DNA from: Octopus vulgaris
Taxonomy: Eukaryota
Assembly: GCA_951406725.2 (NCBI GenBank)
Contig: OX597819.1
Location: 114,638,001 to 114,702,000 of the forward strand
Direction of reading: 5' to 3'
DNA length: 64,000 bases
Each line of letters starts with the position of its first letter. Positions within the stretch are counted from its first letter, which is position 1. The notes below the pieces were generated by a model, which saw nothing but the letters and a program-made list of their open reading frames with translations, ran no database searches and was not told where the DNA came from. Made by a program: the position numbers and the translations under genes. Below are positions 62,631 to 64,000 of this stretch, one piece after another.

Positions 62631-63611
62631 ATGAATGCAACACTATTCACTAATCCAGTTATATTTTCAAGAGTAGTTGTTTTTACCATCATACCTTTCT
62701 TCCTAATTACGGGACTTATAGGTAACATGTTTGTGGCATATATTTACACACGTCAATCTCAGAAAAGCAATGTAGAAACATTCATCCTGTTACTAGCAGT
62801 CATTGATCTGGTTGGATGTGGCTTTGGAATGCCAATGGAAATGGCTGAACTCTCCTTTAAAATTCAAACAAAGTATTTGTGTAAACTGTACAAGTTCATT
62901 ATTTTCAACTGTTATATTATGTCATCCTTCATTCAGTTTACAATTGCTGTTGAACTCTTCAAAAGAATATGCCATCCACTTCGAAAACAAATTCTTACAA
63001 TTGCCATGGAGCGCTTCAGAAAAAAATGCCATCCACTTCGCAAACAGCTTACTCCAAAACTACACCAGATTCTTATAATTTTTATGGCAGTAACATCAGT
63101 TGTAGCATCACTACCGGTTATCTTCTACATTGACACCATGCCATTTTCCCAGGAATTGAAAGCCTATAAAGTCTGTGGTAGTAGTCTTAGTGGGTCTTTT
63201 GTTTGGTCATATGCTGTAGCAGCATTGATTGTTCATGGTATTTTTTTACTGACCATGACTGTGCTTTATTCTTTTATCTGGAACACTATTACTAAGCGTT
63301 TGAAGAAAAAACAAGGTAAAGAAGAAGCTTCCAGACAAGATGGAGTCAACTGCACAAACATTGTACTTTTCTCAATCTCTGTTTTGTATTTTGTCAGTTT
63401 TACACCAACCCTTGTCTTCTGTGTCATATACTCACATTACAATGATTCTAACTTATTACAGATATTTAAAGTAGTTTTATATCGTACTTGGATACTAAAC
63501 TCCTCCTTAAATCCCATAGTGTATGGATTCTGTAACAAAATATTCCAGAAAAGTTTTGTAAATATTTTTATTAGTGGTAAAGGTGACTTTGAAATTGTGG
63601 AGAAATTTTAG
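62631..63611 (+). CDS. Intronless class A orphan GPCR, copy 9, 326 aa, with an in-frame 19-aa duplication at TM3/ICL2
   Basis: Intact ORF containing FTIAVELFKRICHPLRKQI followed by LTIAMERFRKKCHPLRKQL. Confidence 0.9.
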   Translation: MNATLFTNPVIFSRVVVFTIIPFFLITGLIGNMFVAYIYTRQSQKSNVETFILLLAVIDLVGCGFGMPMEMAELSFKIQTKYLCKLYKFIIFNCYIMSSFIQFTIAVELFKRICHPLRKQILTIAMERFRKKCHPLRKQLTPKLHQILIIFMAVTSVVASLPVIFYIDTMPFSQELKAYKVCGSSLSGSFVWSYAVAALIVHGIFLLTMTVLYSFIWNTITKRLKKKQGKEEASRQDGVNCTNIVLFSISVLYFVSFTPTLVFCVIYSHYNDSNLLQIFKVVLYRTWILNSSLNPIVYGFCNKIFQKSFVNIFISGKGDFEIVEKF

Positions 63612-64000
63612 GATTTGCATTTCAATAGAGAGGAATACTTCCAAGTAGCAAAAACATTTTCTTTGCTGACCATTTCATTTGAAATACATTGGAAGGCTTT
63701 CATTTGAATCTGAACAGTTTAAAATACGTTGACCATTTCCAACTTTTTTTTTTTTTTGTGTGTGTTACATTGAAAAGAACTAATTTTTCCATTATTTTTC
63801 TGATGTTTGGAGAATTACATTTTCCTTCATAAAATTGGAAGGCTTTAATTTAAATCTGAACATTTTAAGACATACTGTTTGTATACTTGACCCAGAGTCA
63901 GTCTAAGGTAGGTTATTGTCAGAAAGGTCTATTAGAACTCCTAAACAGTTTCTCTATTACATATTTATTCTAGTTTCTGTTGTTTTATACTTTCAATAAG

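Overview
AT-rich, repeat-dense eukaryotic DNA. The SINE, RTE and Dong/R4 families and the (TA)n/(CAT)n microsatellites look like a coleoid cephalopod (Octopus-like), which is inferred and not verified. The core of the window is a same-strand tandem array of nine intronless class A (rhodopsin-like) GPCR paralogs of about 307 aa. Five are intact at 307 aa (1768, 20093, 41984, 46541, 59740), one is intact at 326 aa with an internal 19-aa duplication (62631), two are frameshifted, possibly by assembly error (11635, 28505), and one is truncated (39445). The array grew by recent tandem segmental duplication (an 8.4 kb unit x2.8 and a 4.6 kb unit x2). Within these duplicates the coding sequences differ much more than the flanking non-coding DNA and are patchworks of other paralogs, which suggests CDS-focused gene conversion and/or diversifying selection in a candidate chemoreceptor cluster. 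Several rearrangement junctions carry templated insertions with microhomology. The intergenic DNA holds decayed RTE, Dong/R4, Tx1/L1, Gypsy, mariner, Helitron/Helentron, piggyBac-type MITE and SINE elements. All sequence comparisons were made by eye and no database search was run.
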